A DNA stretch of 64,000 nucleotides from Eledone cirrhosa (GCA_964016885.1 OZ024742.1:105958001-106022000), one strand, 5' to 3'; shown: positions 12,302 to 26,075, counted from the stretch's first letter. Numbers and translations: made by a program. Notes: generated by a model not told the origin, from the sequence alone.

Positions 12302-15300
12302 CTACAGGATGGTATACAGAGAAGGCCCATTTACACGAGCCATTCTCGCCACTATCATCCACCTTTCATAAAACTGCCTGTGGCCAAGCACCTCTCTCTC
12401 CATTCTTATCCTTCTTCCGAAGTGATATCGGAAGAAGTAGACCAGACTATGGCCAGACAGGAAGTTGCCTGACCTCAGTCCTTTCAATCGTGCCCACCAA
12501 ACAACCTTTTTCAACATGGCTATTACGCACAGAAAAACCGCCTTTGCTTCCTTTGTGAAGAGGGGGGGGGGGGGCTTGATTGTCATCACGGACTCGGCGG
12601 TCAATCGAATCGGCGTCACCCGCGACAGCAGTCGTTCGGCGTAGCCCCACAGATCAGCCACGCCCGGACATTGCACCAATGCGTGCGCAACGGTTTCTTC
12701 GTGACGCACGCATCTAGGGCAAATCTTTTTCGAGGGATCCCTGCCCGGGCGCCCGTGTCTGTAGAGCCTCTCTCGAACGGGTAGAGCCCCCCGGTAGCAC
12801 TGCCAGGCTAGTGACTTCTGGAAGTTGTCCATTGGTCCCGGGCCGAAAGTCCTACCGAACAGGCTGGCCAGTTCGTCCCCTTCCATGTCCAGCGACTCTC
12901 CAAGGGTGTCATCGCCCCTGCTAGCCACCAGCCCTCTATAGAATGATGAGGTGGATTCTCCACCGATGGCCGGGCCCGCTTGCCAGAGAGCCCTGAGCGC
13001 CTGGGCACACTCAGTGTGCCAGTCTCCCAGTTTTCCGGATCTTTGCTTGACCCAGGACTGCAGCTCGGTGAGCGAGACGAGTCTTGGAAAGGCCCGTTTC
13101 ACGAACGGGGCCCACACCGGTTGACCAGTGAGGAATACCTGTAGGTGCCGTAGCCTTAATGCGTGTCTACGCATCATCAACCACGGCATCCCCAGCCCTC
13201 CTTTCAAAGGTTGTTGGCAGCAGATGGATCTTCTCACCATAGGAGGGCGCTTCTTCCAAAGAAATTGGAAGAGCATGCGTTCCATGGTGGTGAGTGTTTC
13301 CTTAGGGCAAGGCACGACAGTCAGGCGGTAGTAAGTGACGGATGCTATGTAAATGTTCGCCACCTCCGCCCGACCTTTTAGGGACAGCTTACACTTGGCC
13401 CATTTCTGGGTTAGTGCAAACACCTTGTTCGTAACCTCGTTCCAGTTCTTTTCCACCTGGAGGTCCGGTCCAAACCAGACCCCAAGCAACTTTACCGGGC
13501 CCTCCGTCCAGTGTCCGACGAACCGTCAGGAGGCATCGGTCTGCCTCTCCACGTTCCGAGTTGCAGCCCGATGGATTTTTCCCGGTTCAGTTTCGCTCCT
13601 GACAACCTTTCGTACTCCTCCAGTAAGGTACCGATCGCCTCGATCTCCGAGTCGGTCGATACCATTACTGTTACGTCATCGGCGTAGGCCGACACCGCTT
13701 TGCTCAATCCTGGTTCCAGGGGGATACCCTGCAACAACTCCAACTTCCTCAGTAAAGGCTCGAGAGTCAATACGTACAGAAGGGAGGAGAGAGGGCACCC
13801 CTGTCGAATGGATCGTGTGATTTCGAACGGCTTCGAAAGGTAGCCGTTCACTTTGATCCTAGAACAGATGTGGTTGCTATGTAAGGCAGTGATCCAGCCT
13901 CTGAAAACAGGACCGAACCCAGCCGCCGCTAGCACCGCATCCAGGTAACCATGGTCGACCCTATCGAAGGCCTTAGACTGATCCAAGTTGATCAGGGCCC
14001 CACCGAAGCCGGGTTTGTTGCCAACCCTCTCTATGATGTATCGCATGAGGTGGAGATTATCGTGAATGGACCTGGATGGGATAGCACATGTCTGCGCATC
14101 TCCCACCAGGCCACCCACGACAAGCGCCAACCTCTTTGCTAACACCTTGGCCAAAATCTTTAACTCTGTGTTTAGCAGGGTTATGGGCCGAAAATTATTT
14201 ATACTATCTCCCTTGTTCTCGTCCTTCCTCACCAGCGTGACTACGCCCTTGGCTACAAAACAAGGAATTCTCCCGTTCTGCTGCCAATTGCAGTAGACCG
14301 CTTCGAGGAGTTCGGAGAAGAAGACCGGCATTGCTAAATAAAGTTCGTAAGGTATACCATCGAGACCTGGAGATTTGCGTCTGCTGCATTGGCTCAGCGC
14401 ATCTCCGATCTCATCAGCCGAGATTGGTCCCTCGCAGGACTCTGCCTCTTCGCTCGAGAGACGCGACAGGCCTTCGAGGTATGGACCGAAATCCACGTCC
14501 CCGCCCGGACCCTCGCCTCCCCCGAATAATCGGGCAAAGTGCCTTTGAAAGGCCTCGCACATCTGCTTAGGCTCCCGGATCACCCGTCCATCCTCGTCTT
14601 GCAAAGAACGGATGGTGGATCGATTTCCACTCTTAGCTTCTGTCACGCGGGCCCAGCCAACGGCTTTGGCCCCCTCATTACCTAGAGCACGTATTTTACT
14701 TCGAATGACGCAGCCTTCGTGCTTTGCATCGAAAAACTGGCTCAAGGCCGTCCTCGATGCCAGCACTCTGGCCACATCTTCGCTTTTGATTGCCTCTTCT
14801 AATTTACCTGTTAATTCTTTCTCGTTTCTATTCCTATCGGCAGCTAACATCTTGCTATAACTTATTGATTCTGTTCTAATCTCTCTTTTGAGAGATGCCC
14901 ACCATCAGTTGTTGACGATTGCACCCGTCAACCTCTCCTTAACTAATCTGCTAATCCGGTTTCTGTAAGTCCCTTTTGCCGGTAAAGACAAATTAAGTTT
15001 CCAGTAACCGGGACCCTGTTTATGTGTTTTCTCGAGATTGACTACGCAGGTCACTAATTTGTGATCCGTATAGCCAACCGTGAGCATTTCTGGACAGCTT
15101 CATATGTCCCTATCCTTACTTCTAACTAAGAATCTATCTAAGTACGATCTAGATTGACCACTGTGGTTCGTCCAAGTCCAGGTTGGCACAGTTGGAAAAT
15201 CTAGTCGATATCTATCGACCAAGTTAAAACGGTCGAGTAACCCCTTGAGGCTGTTACATCCCCCCCTCTATTAGGACATGCTCCTGCATAGTCCCAACGT

Positions 15301-15743
15301 GCATCTAGTATGTCATTCCAATCCCCCGCTAGAAGCAGGGAACGCGACGTTCCCAGAAAAGTCTCCAAACGCTGGAAGAAGTCGGGCCGTTCAGCTCCGA
15401 AAGGGGAGTAGACGGCGACCAGTCTCAAGGCCGCACCTTCACTACTTCCAACGTCTAGCACCAACAAACGACCCTCCGGGTCCGAGTGAACAACCTGTAC
15501 GGCGAGACCCAGGTGTTTTTCCAGCAATACGAGAACCCCACCCCCACCTCCAGGTTGACAGAGAGCTGCATGCACCTTAAAGTCATCGAAGGTAGGGGCC
15601 AGCTGCCGGACGACGCTGATCCGAGTCTCACAGATAACCATTACATTTATACCACGTGACCTGAGGTCATTTAGAAGCTTTGCTTGCTTCCAAGTTGAGC
15701 CCAGGCCACGTGCATTCAAACATCCTACTCTTAACACATCCAT
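12302..15743 (-). pseudogene. LINE ORF2 (AP endonuclease, reverse transcriptase, C-terminal Cys/His finger), split by frameshifts and a stop
   Basis: CLNARGL, ICET, LAGDWN, TDHK, GPGYWKLN, KSPGLDG, NFRPITLLN, DQSKAFDRVDH, RQGCPLS, YADDV, CPRC..ETVAHALVQC. Breaks occur near 15260, 14905 and 13500. Confidence 0.93.
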
Positions 15744-17743
15744 GTGGGCGGCAAAGCCAAAGGAGAGTGTAGAGACCTACCTTTCTGCTTCCTGGGGTTC
15801 GGGTCGCACGACTTCCATGGGGTCGGGGGTGTTGGGTGAAGGGGTGTCTTGTGGTATTGTGGGGTCGTCTGTATGTGGTGGGGTTGGGGTGTTTGGAGTT
15901 GCGTTGGGGAGGGGAGGGGGGGGGAGCTTTTTAGTAGGACGCGGTTTATGGGTTTGACAGAGGGTGGTCCTACGTCCTCCTTAAAATCCTTTTTTAGTTT
16001 TTGGTAGAGGTTCATTGGGATCTTTATTAATTTTAAATGTGGGTAGTTTTCTGAAGAAACAAAGTTTACACCTTCGGTTCGTACCGAAGGGTTATTGTTC
16101 ATGAGTTCATTTAATTTATTATTGTTTCTGTTGATGTAAGTATAGTGTAATGTCTTTTTTTCGGATGGTGTGAGTGTTTCGAAGAGGGGAGGGGCAGGTT
16201 TGGTTTTGTTTGTTGCTGGAGGGGTGTTTTGTGTTTTGTTGGATTGTGTTGACATTTGGGTAGGGGTTGTTTGGCCTTGTGTGTTTTGCACATGTTTTCT
16301 TTTTTTCCTTTTAATCTGTCTGAAGGACTCCGTTTCTTCCTCCGAATTCGTTGGGTTATCTTCAGTGTTGGAGGGAAGAGGTATGTTTGCTGGTAATCTT
16401 TCCGTGTTGGTTTATTTTTGTGGGGGAGATGGATGTCACTATGTTAGACTGTGTTGTGTGTTGTGGCTGCGGTGGTTGTGTTGTTTTATTGAGTGAGGGG
16501 TTGGGTGGGACTGTGTTTTGTTTTTGGGTAATGTGTTGTGACTGTTTGTGTTATGGTGGTGGTGTAGTTTTACTGAGGGACGGGTTGGGTGGGACTGAGT
16601 TTTGTTGTTTGTTTATCTGTTGTGGTGGTGGTGGAGCTGGTGTTGGTAGCAGGGTTTTCTTCTTGTTGAGTTGGGGACAAGCCGCCTTCAGGTGCCCTCT
16701 GCCTGCACAGATATGACAGGACGGCCTTCTCCCCTCCACGCTAATGTTTATATACCCGTGGCCCTCTAATAGGATTCTGTCGGGTATTTGGGCAATGCGT
16801 TCAGGCTTCATTTGCACTACAAGTTCTATACCTGTTCCACTGAACGCATTGCCTGTGGTTTTCCCAATGGAAATCACGTTGTCATTCGCTGGATCGATGA
16901 AGCCAGCTATGAGCCAGCAGTAGTCCACATCTGGCATCATCGCATCCAGCCATATGCGCTGAGTTCTTTTACCCATATACGATGGATAAAAGGTAAAATT
17001 TGTCGAACGAATCAGCGACAAAGCATATTTTTTTGCCGCCGATACGTTCTTCATAATAATTGCTAGGCATCCATACAGTCTGTCTCTTCTTATGAAAGTG
17101 GTTTCATTAAGTACTTCTGTAAGTACTGCTTTGATTTCTGTTTGTGTTGGATGTTGAGGTTTTTTGGAAATGTTGTTGATGGTGCGGAAAACGACCGTCC
17201 GACTTTCAATGTCTTTGGTGAGTTCTTGAGGCATTTTTACCGATAAAATTCCATTTTCCCCTTGAGTTATGTATTGTTTGGCGTTTTTAATTCTTTGTGC
17301 CACATCTGAAATATTTTCAGGTATATATGTCAAAGATTTCTTTGTTGTTTGTGCAAATGAAATATTATTGGTGTTGACTTTGTCGTCTGCTTTGCTTTCT
17401 GTTATGATGTTGTTTTCAAATGTTATTTTTGTGTTTGTTGTCTTTGTTTGTGGTATTAATATTGTCATGCAATTTTTCAAATTTTTTTTTGTTGTTGGAA
17501 TCAATGTCCAGATTTGTGTTTTCGTCATTTTTCTCCGCACATTCGTCTGTTTTTATTTTATTTTTTTCTTTCCTTCTCTATGACGTTAGTTGGGAAGGAA
17601 GTGGGGGGGGGGGGGACTAAAGCGTGCGAGCTTACAACTCTTACCGCTGTCCCCCCACCACTATTTTCGTTAACTTCGTTTAACATTTCTGTCAGACGAT
17701 TGAATTTTTTATGCCACAAAATTTTTAAAAACAGGTTTTTCAC
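15731..17743 (-). pseudogene. LINE ORF1 (gag-like zinc knuckle, Pro/Gln/Thr-rich tail), disrupted
   Basis: SVEGRRPSCHICAGRGHLKAACP (CX2CX4HX4C) in 16551-17540. TAA at 16551, then a frameshift into the 15731-16291 segment, which overlaps the ORF2 start. The true start codon is uncertain. Confidence 0.8.
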
Positions 17744-19222
17744 CCCTGGGAGGGGCGAAGATGAGCTGACCCACCGCCTGACAGTTCAGACGGGGGATCA
17801 AGCTACACAATAGTATCAAAATTAAAATTGAACTTACAAAATTTCCGCAATAAATTTGAACAAAACTTCTGCGCGAAGTGAATTACATCTACGCTGTAGA
17901 ACAGACGAGAGCTAGATTTTGTGTGTGAAATAGATAGATAGATAGATAGATAGAGAGTGAGAGAATAAAATATCTATCAGTTAGAAACATGGTATATGAT
18001 TGCTTTTTCCGCGAGCGCTTTTGAGTTATGCAACTCCTCATGGGGAAGTATATTTCGAGTTCTGATCGTTCTCTTACGTATGGGAGTTGAACATGTGGGA
18101 TCACTTACATTTACATAAGGCACATGGCTTTGTGATTAAGGTACTAACTACGTTAAGCTTACGCGTGTCTGTGGAATGCTCAGCGACTTGTACGTTAATT
18201 TCACGAGAAGGCTGTTCTGTTGATCAGATCAATTGGAACACTCGTCGTCGTAACCGATGGAGTACCAGTAAACAAAAAAACAATATAAAAGCGTGTCCCG
18301 TATGTTTATGTATAATAAACACACATAAGTCTCGCTGTGGGTATTTTAAGATGTGAATATGTCACAGCTATTGATGTAGCTGTGACAATACCAAACATTA
18401 GTGTTTCAGGATTTTACGCATCATCAGTGATGTTTATTCACTCGTTACCGAGGTAAAGTAAGCTAATAGCATATATAGATTTTTGCAGATGATATATTTA
18501 TGTAGATGATCGACTTCTCAAATTTTAAACTTATGCTTTTTAACGAAATGTGGTTCTATAAGTCGTCAGATTAAATCTACTATCAAATAACTCAAAACGC
18601 AAAGGACCGGATAAAATATCGTAAAATGTGGTCATAAATGATCAAATAATCTAGATGGTTACGATTGGAACTCCATTGGTCATACATAGATCAGCTAAAT
18701 CCTAGCTGACTTGGAACTAAACAACAGTGGCGACAATTACAACATTTCCAATCCCGATGTAGTCAACGATGCTATTCGTCCTTTTGAAGTCTATAAAAAA
18801 GTACCAGTCCAGTACTAGGGTTGATTCTTTCTCAATATTTTTTTACTTCATTTTTCTCACCCTCTCTGGGAGAAATCGACTTCGTTCAGACCTGGAGGGG
18901 GGATGGGGTCCGCCAGGTCTAAAGTATTCAAGACACGCCATATGTTATTATAGTACCCTACGACACCATCAACAGTTACTGGTCCACCCATAATGCAACC
19001 AGACATACAGTTTATATGAAATAGCAAAAAACAAAACAAAACAAAAATGATCTCGAGAGTGTCACGCCTCAATTTTTGATCTTTAATCTGTTAAACTGTT
19101 TACAACAACAACTTCAACAATAAACAAGGTATATAATCCCCAGAAAGAGAGCATACATTCTACTACACTCTAGCTACCTTAATGCATATGTATTTGGAAA
19201 ATCCTTTAAACAATTACAACAA

Positions 19223-19254
<32 letters not shown>

Positions 19255-19257
<3 letters not shown>

Positions 19258-19444
19258 AAAAAGTATGACCCCGACGGCAGAGCTCAAGCCGTTTCGACAG
19301 CTATTTCTAGTCCAGAAATAGCCGTCGAAACAGCTTGAGCTCTGCCGTCGGGGTCATACTTTTCCTATTTCCCACTCTACTACCCTAAGTATTGAGTACT
19401 CTGTTGCGTTATGGTCCATCTGGTTCCTTACCACAATTCCTTTG

Positions 19445-19449
<5 letters not shown>
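19255..19449 (+). mobile_element. Family A fold-back element
   Basis: Hairpin 19255-19367 centred on tttctagtccagaaa, followed by the family tail; (TA)n on both sides. Confidence 0.8.
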
Positions 19450-19516
<67 letters not shown>

Positions 19517-19649
19517 GAGGAGGAGGGAGAGAGAGGGGAGAGAGAGAGAGAGAGCATAAATATCGCTACCTCAATGATATATGTTTAGACAATGTGGAAA
19601 AAATACTTTCTATCGTGCAGGACCCTAGGTGCAAACCGTATCATGGTCC

Positions 19650-19790
19650 TAGCGGACTATTTGTAGAAAACGTTACCGCGGATGATAGCGAAGAAGACGC
19701 ATCAAATTGTCATTCCAACTCGTGGCTCACCCTCCTGTAGGTGGCCAACACCACCCTGATGGCAGAGGGTAGAGGTGGTTCGGGAATCAA
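19650..19790 (-). mobile_element. CRE-like non-LTR retrotransposon C-terminal remnant
   Basis: Translates GEPRVG..FAIIRGNV, resembling the GEPRE..QR.S.A..RGNA end of CRE-type ORFs. Confidence 0.4.
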
Positions 19791-20300
19791 GCGAATCCGA
19801 TTTAGATTAAGCTAATGTTGGAATTTGATACTTTGACAGGTTGACTGTGCTAACATCTCAGGTTCGTATTTATTTAGAAAACATGGCGGATGTATACATG
19901 TGTATGTATACGTTTGTATTTCTGTGCTTATACACACATATATTTGTAACATTTTTTGGTGTACGTGTGTATGTGTGTGTTTATTTGTATTTGAGTGTAT
20001 GTGTTTATGTGTGGATATGGGTGTATATGTGTGTGTGTGTATGTAAGAGAGAGTTGTTTAAGTAATTAAATCTGTGAGATTAAATAGATTAAACAAGAGA
20101 TGTATTTTGTAAGTTCAATTTATATTTCAAAATTCTGTATATGATGTAGCAGGATAAGAGCTGTCAGATACAAACTACATGTGTTAGGCAATGTAGACCA
20201 ACAGTAGCTTTCTTCCCTTCTGACCAGACCCAGTATTATGCAACGCCATGTTTCAGATACATTTTTGTCTTGTTGGGATTACAATTATAATGCTTTCAAA

Positions 20301-20452
20301 AGGCGGCAAATTGGTAGAGTCGTTAGAACCTCAGGTAAGAATGCTTTGCGGTATTCGTTCCGGCTCTGTGTGTTGGAAGTCATGTCGAAAGGAACTTTAC
20401 CTTTCATCATTTCGAGGTCGGTAAAAAAGTAGCTGTGCAGTACTAGGGTCGG
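20301..20452 (+). mobile_element. tRNA-derived SINE (diverged)
   Basis: ggcggcaaattggtagagtcgttag..actttacctttcatcatttcgaggtcg..agtactagggtcg; same family as the many minus-strand copies. Confidence 0.6.
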
Positions 20453-20869
20453 TTTCTCCACTATATTTCTCTCTCATGTAACCGGCAAAGTACAATTGTT
20501 GCACACACTGGAAGTCCAAAGAGGACCACTAATGGATTCTTAAAGAGTTTGCCCGACCTGCTAGAAATAGCAGAACAATTTCTTTCAAACCGCACCCTAA
20601 TATCTTTTTAAAAAAATTGGTGTAACTCATTAAATAATGTTTTCCTAGATATATGTATGGTTCCGTAACTCTTGGTGGGATGGTAGGTGGCTTTCTTGGG
20701 TACTATAAACTTGGGGGAGCCCAACACTCCCCGTATCTGAACACAGTCGATTGCTTCCAGAGAAGGTGAGACAGTGATAGAGCGGAACAATCAACACAGT
20801 ACTGGACTGGTTCTTTTTGACAAAGTTAACCTCGGTGGGATTTGAACTCAGAGTGCAGAGACTCTAAAC

Positions 20870-21180
20870 CAGAGGTTCTCAAACTTTTGGGGCCAACGTC
20901 TCCTCACAGTCACGTAATACCCTCAGCGCCCCCACCCTATTTCCAGAGGGATCTGCCTATACACAATTTGTAAATAACATAACTAAAATCGTTAATTTAT
21001 ATATAATAAATAATATAATATATGGTATGTATAAATAAATATTATATTTATTTTTTATTTTACTATATATATAATATATATATCATTTGATATTTAATAT
21101 ACTATTATATCATCTCTCCCTGAACCTTCTCAGCGCCCCCTGATCCTTCTCAACGCCCCCCTCGGAGAAGAGGGCGTGGT
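20870..21180. mobile_element. hAT-like MITE remnant
   Basis: Begins cagaggttctcaaact (hAT-type TIR) and has internal ctcagcgccccc repeats. The second TIR was not seen. Confidence 0.4.
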
Positions 21181-21672
21181 AGTGCCTAAACATCTGGCCT
21201 TAAACGAATACCGCAAAGCATTCTATCCGATGTTCCAACGATTTTGACAATTCGCCGCCTCTGATCTCGGTGAACTGCACGAAATATCAAAAATTTCAAC
21301 ACGATGTATAGTAATGGCTTCGTGAAGGAACCTAGTCGTCGGAAAACCAAATATGACATAAACAATAAGACACAAAATGCGCATGCGCTAGGATTTAAAA
21401 CTCGATGTTTTGGCATACGTTCCTGTCGAGGACACTTAACACAGTTCTTCCACAGCAGCAGCAGCAGCAGCAAGAAGAAGATCGCAGTTCGTTTGAAAAT
21501 GTGCAACGAGGATCCTTTAAGTGGTTGCTCGGCATGCTAGAAATAGCAACCAAATTTCCTCCAAATTACAGTCTTAAAACAAGACTTCTTTTTCTTCTTG
21601 GTCTGAAGCAGTTAAGATGCACCGTGAGAAGGCTCGTCGTGTTAGGGTTGGACCCTCCAGTAATGGAGGAGT

Positions 21673-21723
<51 letters not shown>

Positions 21724-21815
21724 AAGAGAGAGAGAGAGAGAGAGAGTGTGTGTGTGTGTGCGTGAGAGAGAGAGAAAGAGTGAGAGAGAAAGAGAAAGAG
21801 ATGTAAAGAATGAAT

Positions 21816-21864
<49 letters not shown>

Positions 21865-22162
21865 ATTGAGAGACAGATGAAAGAGTGAGTGGGTTATAAA
21901 TTGATAGATAGATAGATAGAGAGTGAGAGTGTGTGTTTGTGTGAGAGTGAGAGCGTGTGTGAGTGAAAGGCTAACAATCTTTTCTTGTAGGAAAACTGAT
22001 AGCTACTGGAACCAACAACTCGAAAAAGATATTGAGGTGACATGAGTTCAATTATGACCCCATGCTTATGTTTTGTACTGTCTCTCTCTTTCAAGCATTC
22101 TGTCACCTTCCTTCTCTCCTATCAAACACACGCTCTCTCTCCTTCGGTCTTACTCTCCCCCT

Positions 22163-22217
<55 letters not shown>

Positions 22218-24141
22218 TCTCTTTCTCTTTCAATCTCTCTCTCATTCACCCTCCTCTCTCTGATACAAGTACTCTCCGTATCAGCACGTCTTTGCTTTGT
22301 TTAAAAATGTAAACATGTTGCTATAATTAGTCTTACATGAAATAAATTTAGGTTTTCTATGGTCTTAATGTGTGGCACGAACTCGGGAATATTTTTGTAG
22401 TCAAACTGATTCATTCACTTGGTGCGTTTGTGACTACCTTTTTTAATGGCTTTTTTATTGTTATTTCTTTCTATTTATTTATTTATTTATTTGTTTGTTT
22501 ATTTATTTATTTATTAGTTTTGTTAATCTTATGATTAATATATCTGTCATTCGTCGGTCTCTATCAGTTTCGTTTTTCTTACCGCTAATAAAGAAACAAG
22601 CTTTACACCTCTTCCTTCTTCTCACACTATCTTTTATTTCCCCCCCTTTCTCCCTATTTCTTGTATTAACACCCTCATAAATTTTCCTCTCATTCCCGCA
22701 CAATTTCTCTCTCTCTCACAGTCTCTCTCTTTCTCCACTTTAGTCTTTCAAGACAAATCACACTAATACCATTACTATCGTCAGTTTTCCAAATAGCAAG
22801 ACTGAGCCACAACCATATTGCTGCTCCATAATTACTTGTAAAATGTTATTCCATCATCACCACCATCACCATCCCCATAACAACACTCGCGCGCTCACAC
22901 ATACATATGAATGTGCACACATACAAACATGCACGCCCATATACACAAGCATGCATACACTATACACACGTACGTGCACGCTCACACTCACACACTACAC
23001 ACATGCACGTACATGCACACACACGCACATACGAGCGTGTACACACGCGCACACACGTATATACAAACACACACGAACACAAAATGTCACGCCCACATAC
23101 ACAGACACAAACGTATAAACTTATAAGCACACACGTTAACACATAAACATACAAACTCGCACAAATACAAACACTCAAATTAATGATGACACACATTCAA
23201 TCACATATACATATGAACCCCCCCCCCCGCACAGAAACACAGGCAAAGACTCATACTCACACACTTATACATATACGTATACATCCACACGTACGCACAA
23301 ACACAAACACACACACAAACTGTCATAAATACGGAAACACACAAACACTTAATCACCATACTCACACATACACTTACACATTTACACACCAACTGACATA
23401 CTCACAAACAAGCATATACACACAGATACAAACTAACACGTACGTAATATCACATAGAAATTTACATTTACTGGATCTCCATCGGTTCCGAACACGAGTG
23501 TTCCAGTTGTTTGATCAACGGAACAGCCAACTCGTGGAAGTGACTGAGCATTCCTCACACATAACCTTAAGGTAGTTCTTAGGCAGATTAAGTGTGATGC
23601 AGTGAGGAATAACCTGGATCCTTTGAAGTAGAGGTAAATCTCATTTTTGTCAGCTGAGTGAACTAGAGCAGCTTGAAATAAAATGTTTTGCTCAAAGATA
23701 AAACACTCTGCCGGGAATCGAATTCAAGATATTACCATTGTGACTCGAACACTAATTACTAAGCCACGCGCTTCCACAGAACTACACATACACGAACACA
23801 AATATACAGGTTAACACATACATACACAAAAACTCATAAAACTACGCATACGCATACGCAGCCACTTCACTCACTCAACCTGATATTTTCTATTTAATTT
23901 AAGCAATTTTCACCTACTGTTATTTTCATCAGATTATTAGTTTCACAATAATATATTACTTTCGCTTGTATCTTCCTTTATTTGTCGTCATCTTCATCAA
24001 CACGATCATCTTTTTCTTATTTTCTACACCACAACAACATTGTTTAAGTGTTAGAGGGAGAAGATTAAATGCTCCGTGACTTTTAATGGCATACTTGTAT
24101 GTTCAGAGTTCAAATCCCACCAACAATAATGTACCATTCCA

Positions 24142-25120
24142 CCTATATATACATATATATAAATTCAGCGAGACTCGCATTTCGGCGGGTAGAAAAAGCG
24201 AAACGTAACGCAAATTCTGAGTCCTGCTGGCAAGCGCGCCATGGGCTAAAAAGACCAGAGCAATAAACATCTATATGTTAATTTCAACAATGTCAGTATT
24301 CCGTGTGTCATAATTCTCGATTATCATTGGTTCATAGGTTTCAAACGACTCCGCCCACCTCAACGACGCCAAACTTAAATTAATATGCATAATGCCAATG
24401 AGAGACTGAGAGGGGAGAGTAAGAAACAGAGAGGCAAAGTGAACGCTGTAACTATTACCATGTGTGCGTGTGTATGTACGTGCGCGTATGTTTATGTGTG
24501 TGTGCGTGCGTGTAGCGTTCCACAGAAAGTAAAAGCAATTCGACTTTATCAAACAGTGAACTACAGCGGCGACGGCGTGCAGCCAGGAATGAAGAAAAAC
24601 GGGCCGAACAGCGCCATCGGAACGCCGAACTTCAGAGGCGAAGACGTGCCGTCATGAATGAAGAGGAGCTGGCTGAACAACGCCAACGAAACACTGGAGC
24701 CAAGCAGCGACGGCATGCTGCGATGGTTGAAGACGAACTGGCTGAGCATCATCTTTTATATTTATTATCTATATCTACATATAATATAAAAGATTGGACC
24801 TTCCATCATCCTTTTGAGAAACGTGGAACAACCACATCTATGCAACGATACACGTTTTACAGTCAGGCAGAAGATGAACCATCCCCTAGAGGTCACTATT
24901 CTAGGCGGAAGCACCTAGAATTGTTCATATACAATGCACAAACGGTACAATGAAGAATCTGGTATATCTGGAAGATATTTTTTACTGTTTTTTGTATCAC
25001 ACAGACACCACGGACTCGCCTCATATTGTAACCAGACAAACATCCAATACAGTCATTTTCTCTTTTACCTGTCTTATCTTATCATCTGTTTACCCGGGCG
25101 AAGCTGGGTACGTCAGCTAG
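24142..25120 (+). mobile_element. Non-autonomous Helitron carrying STPR-like 23-aa repeats
   Basis: 3' hairpin tacccgggcgaagctgggta followed by cgtcagCTAG|T at 25120. The 5' end (cctatatatacatatatataaa) is approximate. 24554-24750 reads SELQRRRRAARNEEKRAEQRHRNA-ELQRRRRAVMNEEELAEQRQRNT-GAKQRRHAAMVEDELAEH. Confidence 0.75.
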
Positions 25121-25830
25121 TAGGTTATAAAGGCCATACAAACTGAGAAGGCGGTCAAGAAGCCATTAACCACCTAAGCCAAAAAACAAATCAAGTTAAA
25201 CAGGTCAGACAAAATAAATGACATATTCATATATATATACATGCACGCAACCATATACGTACATACACAAGCATACGCGAAAACCCCCGTAATGTGTATG
25301 CTAATACAAGCACGTACACACAAAAAAACAACAAACAAACAAAAACACACGCACGCACACACAGACCCCACGCAACGCCTGTACCCGCACGCATACGAAC
25401 GTATACACCAAATACACATAAAAATATATATTAAAAAAATATATATATATGTGTGTGTGAGTGTGCGTGTATACATATAATTATATAAACGTATAGAAAT
25501 ATACACACATAAATACGTATAAACGCGCTCACACACATACCATCTTTTATTATAGTACCAATGAGGCAATTTCGGCTTGTAAACATAAATTGCACAAAAC
25601 TTTCCTGTATTACAGCATTATCTTTGTCTTTATCTATTCTTTGCCAGGGAACGTTTTCACGAACCTAAGTATCGTCTTCCTGTCTTCCTTCGGTTGCAAC
25701 GTTTTTTGAAATATTTACTTCTGCTTTCACAGATTGCTTTTTTTAGTTTCAGAAGATCCCGTTAAGGGTGAAAGCAACGATTCTTTGCTTAAACTTTAAT
25801 CTGTTATTTTAATAAATATATATATATATA

Positions 25831-26075
25831 TATACATGTTATACATCAATATATATGATAAACACAAAACGTGTTTGCATTGTAACAGACAAAGTTAGCT
25901 ATCAATGAAATAAACTAATTAAAGTGAATGCAATTTGTCTGTCTCGATATATCGATATATCGAGACAGACAAATTGTATTCCCTTTAATTAGTTTATTTC
26001 ATTGATAGCTAACTTTGTCTGTTACAATGCAAACACGTTTTGTGTTTATCATATATATTGATGTATAACATGTAT
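25831..26075. repeat. Near-perfect palindrome with ~120-bp arms
   Basis: Centre gtctcgatatatcgatatatcgagac at ~25952. A related sequence forms inverted arms at 49490-49840. Confidence 0.9.

Larger units (their letters stand above)
12085..17920 (-). mobile_element. Full-length Tx1/L1-clade non-LTR retrotransposon (~5.8 kb), disabled
   Basis: ORF1 with a CCHC knuckle and ORF2 with APE-RT-zinc finger. 20-bp TSD gtgtgtgaaatagatagata at 12065-12084 and 17921-17940. AATAAA on the minus strand at 12091-12096. Confidence 0.95.

Noticed and set aside
25745-25790. HHR-like CAGAAGA-tcccgttaagggt-GAAAGC
   Set aside because: The core is altered and no stem I or NUH could be assigned.
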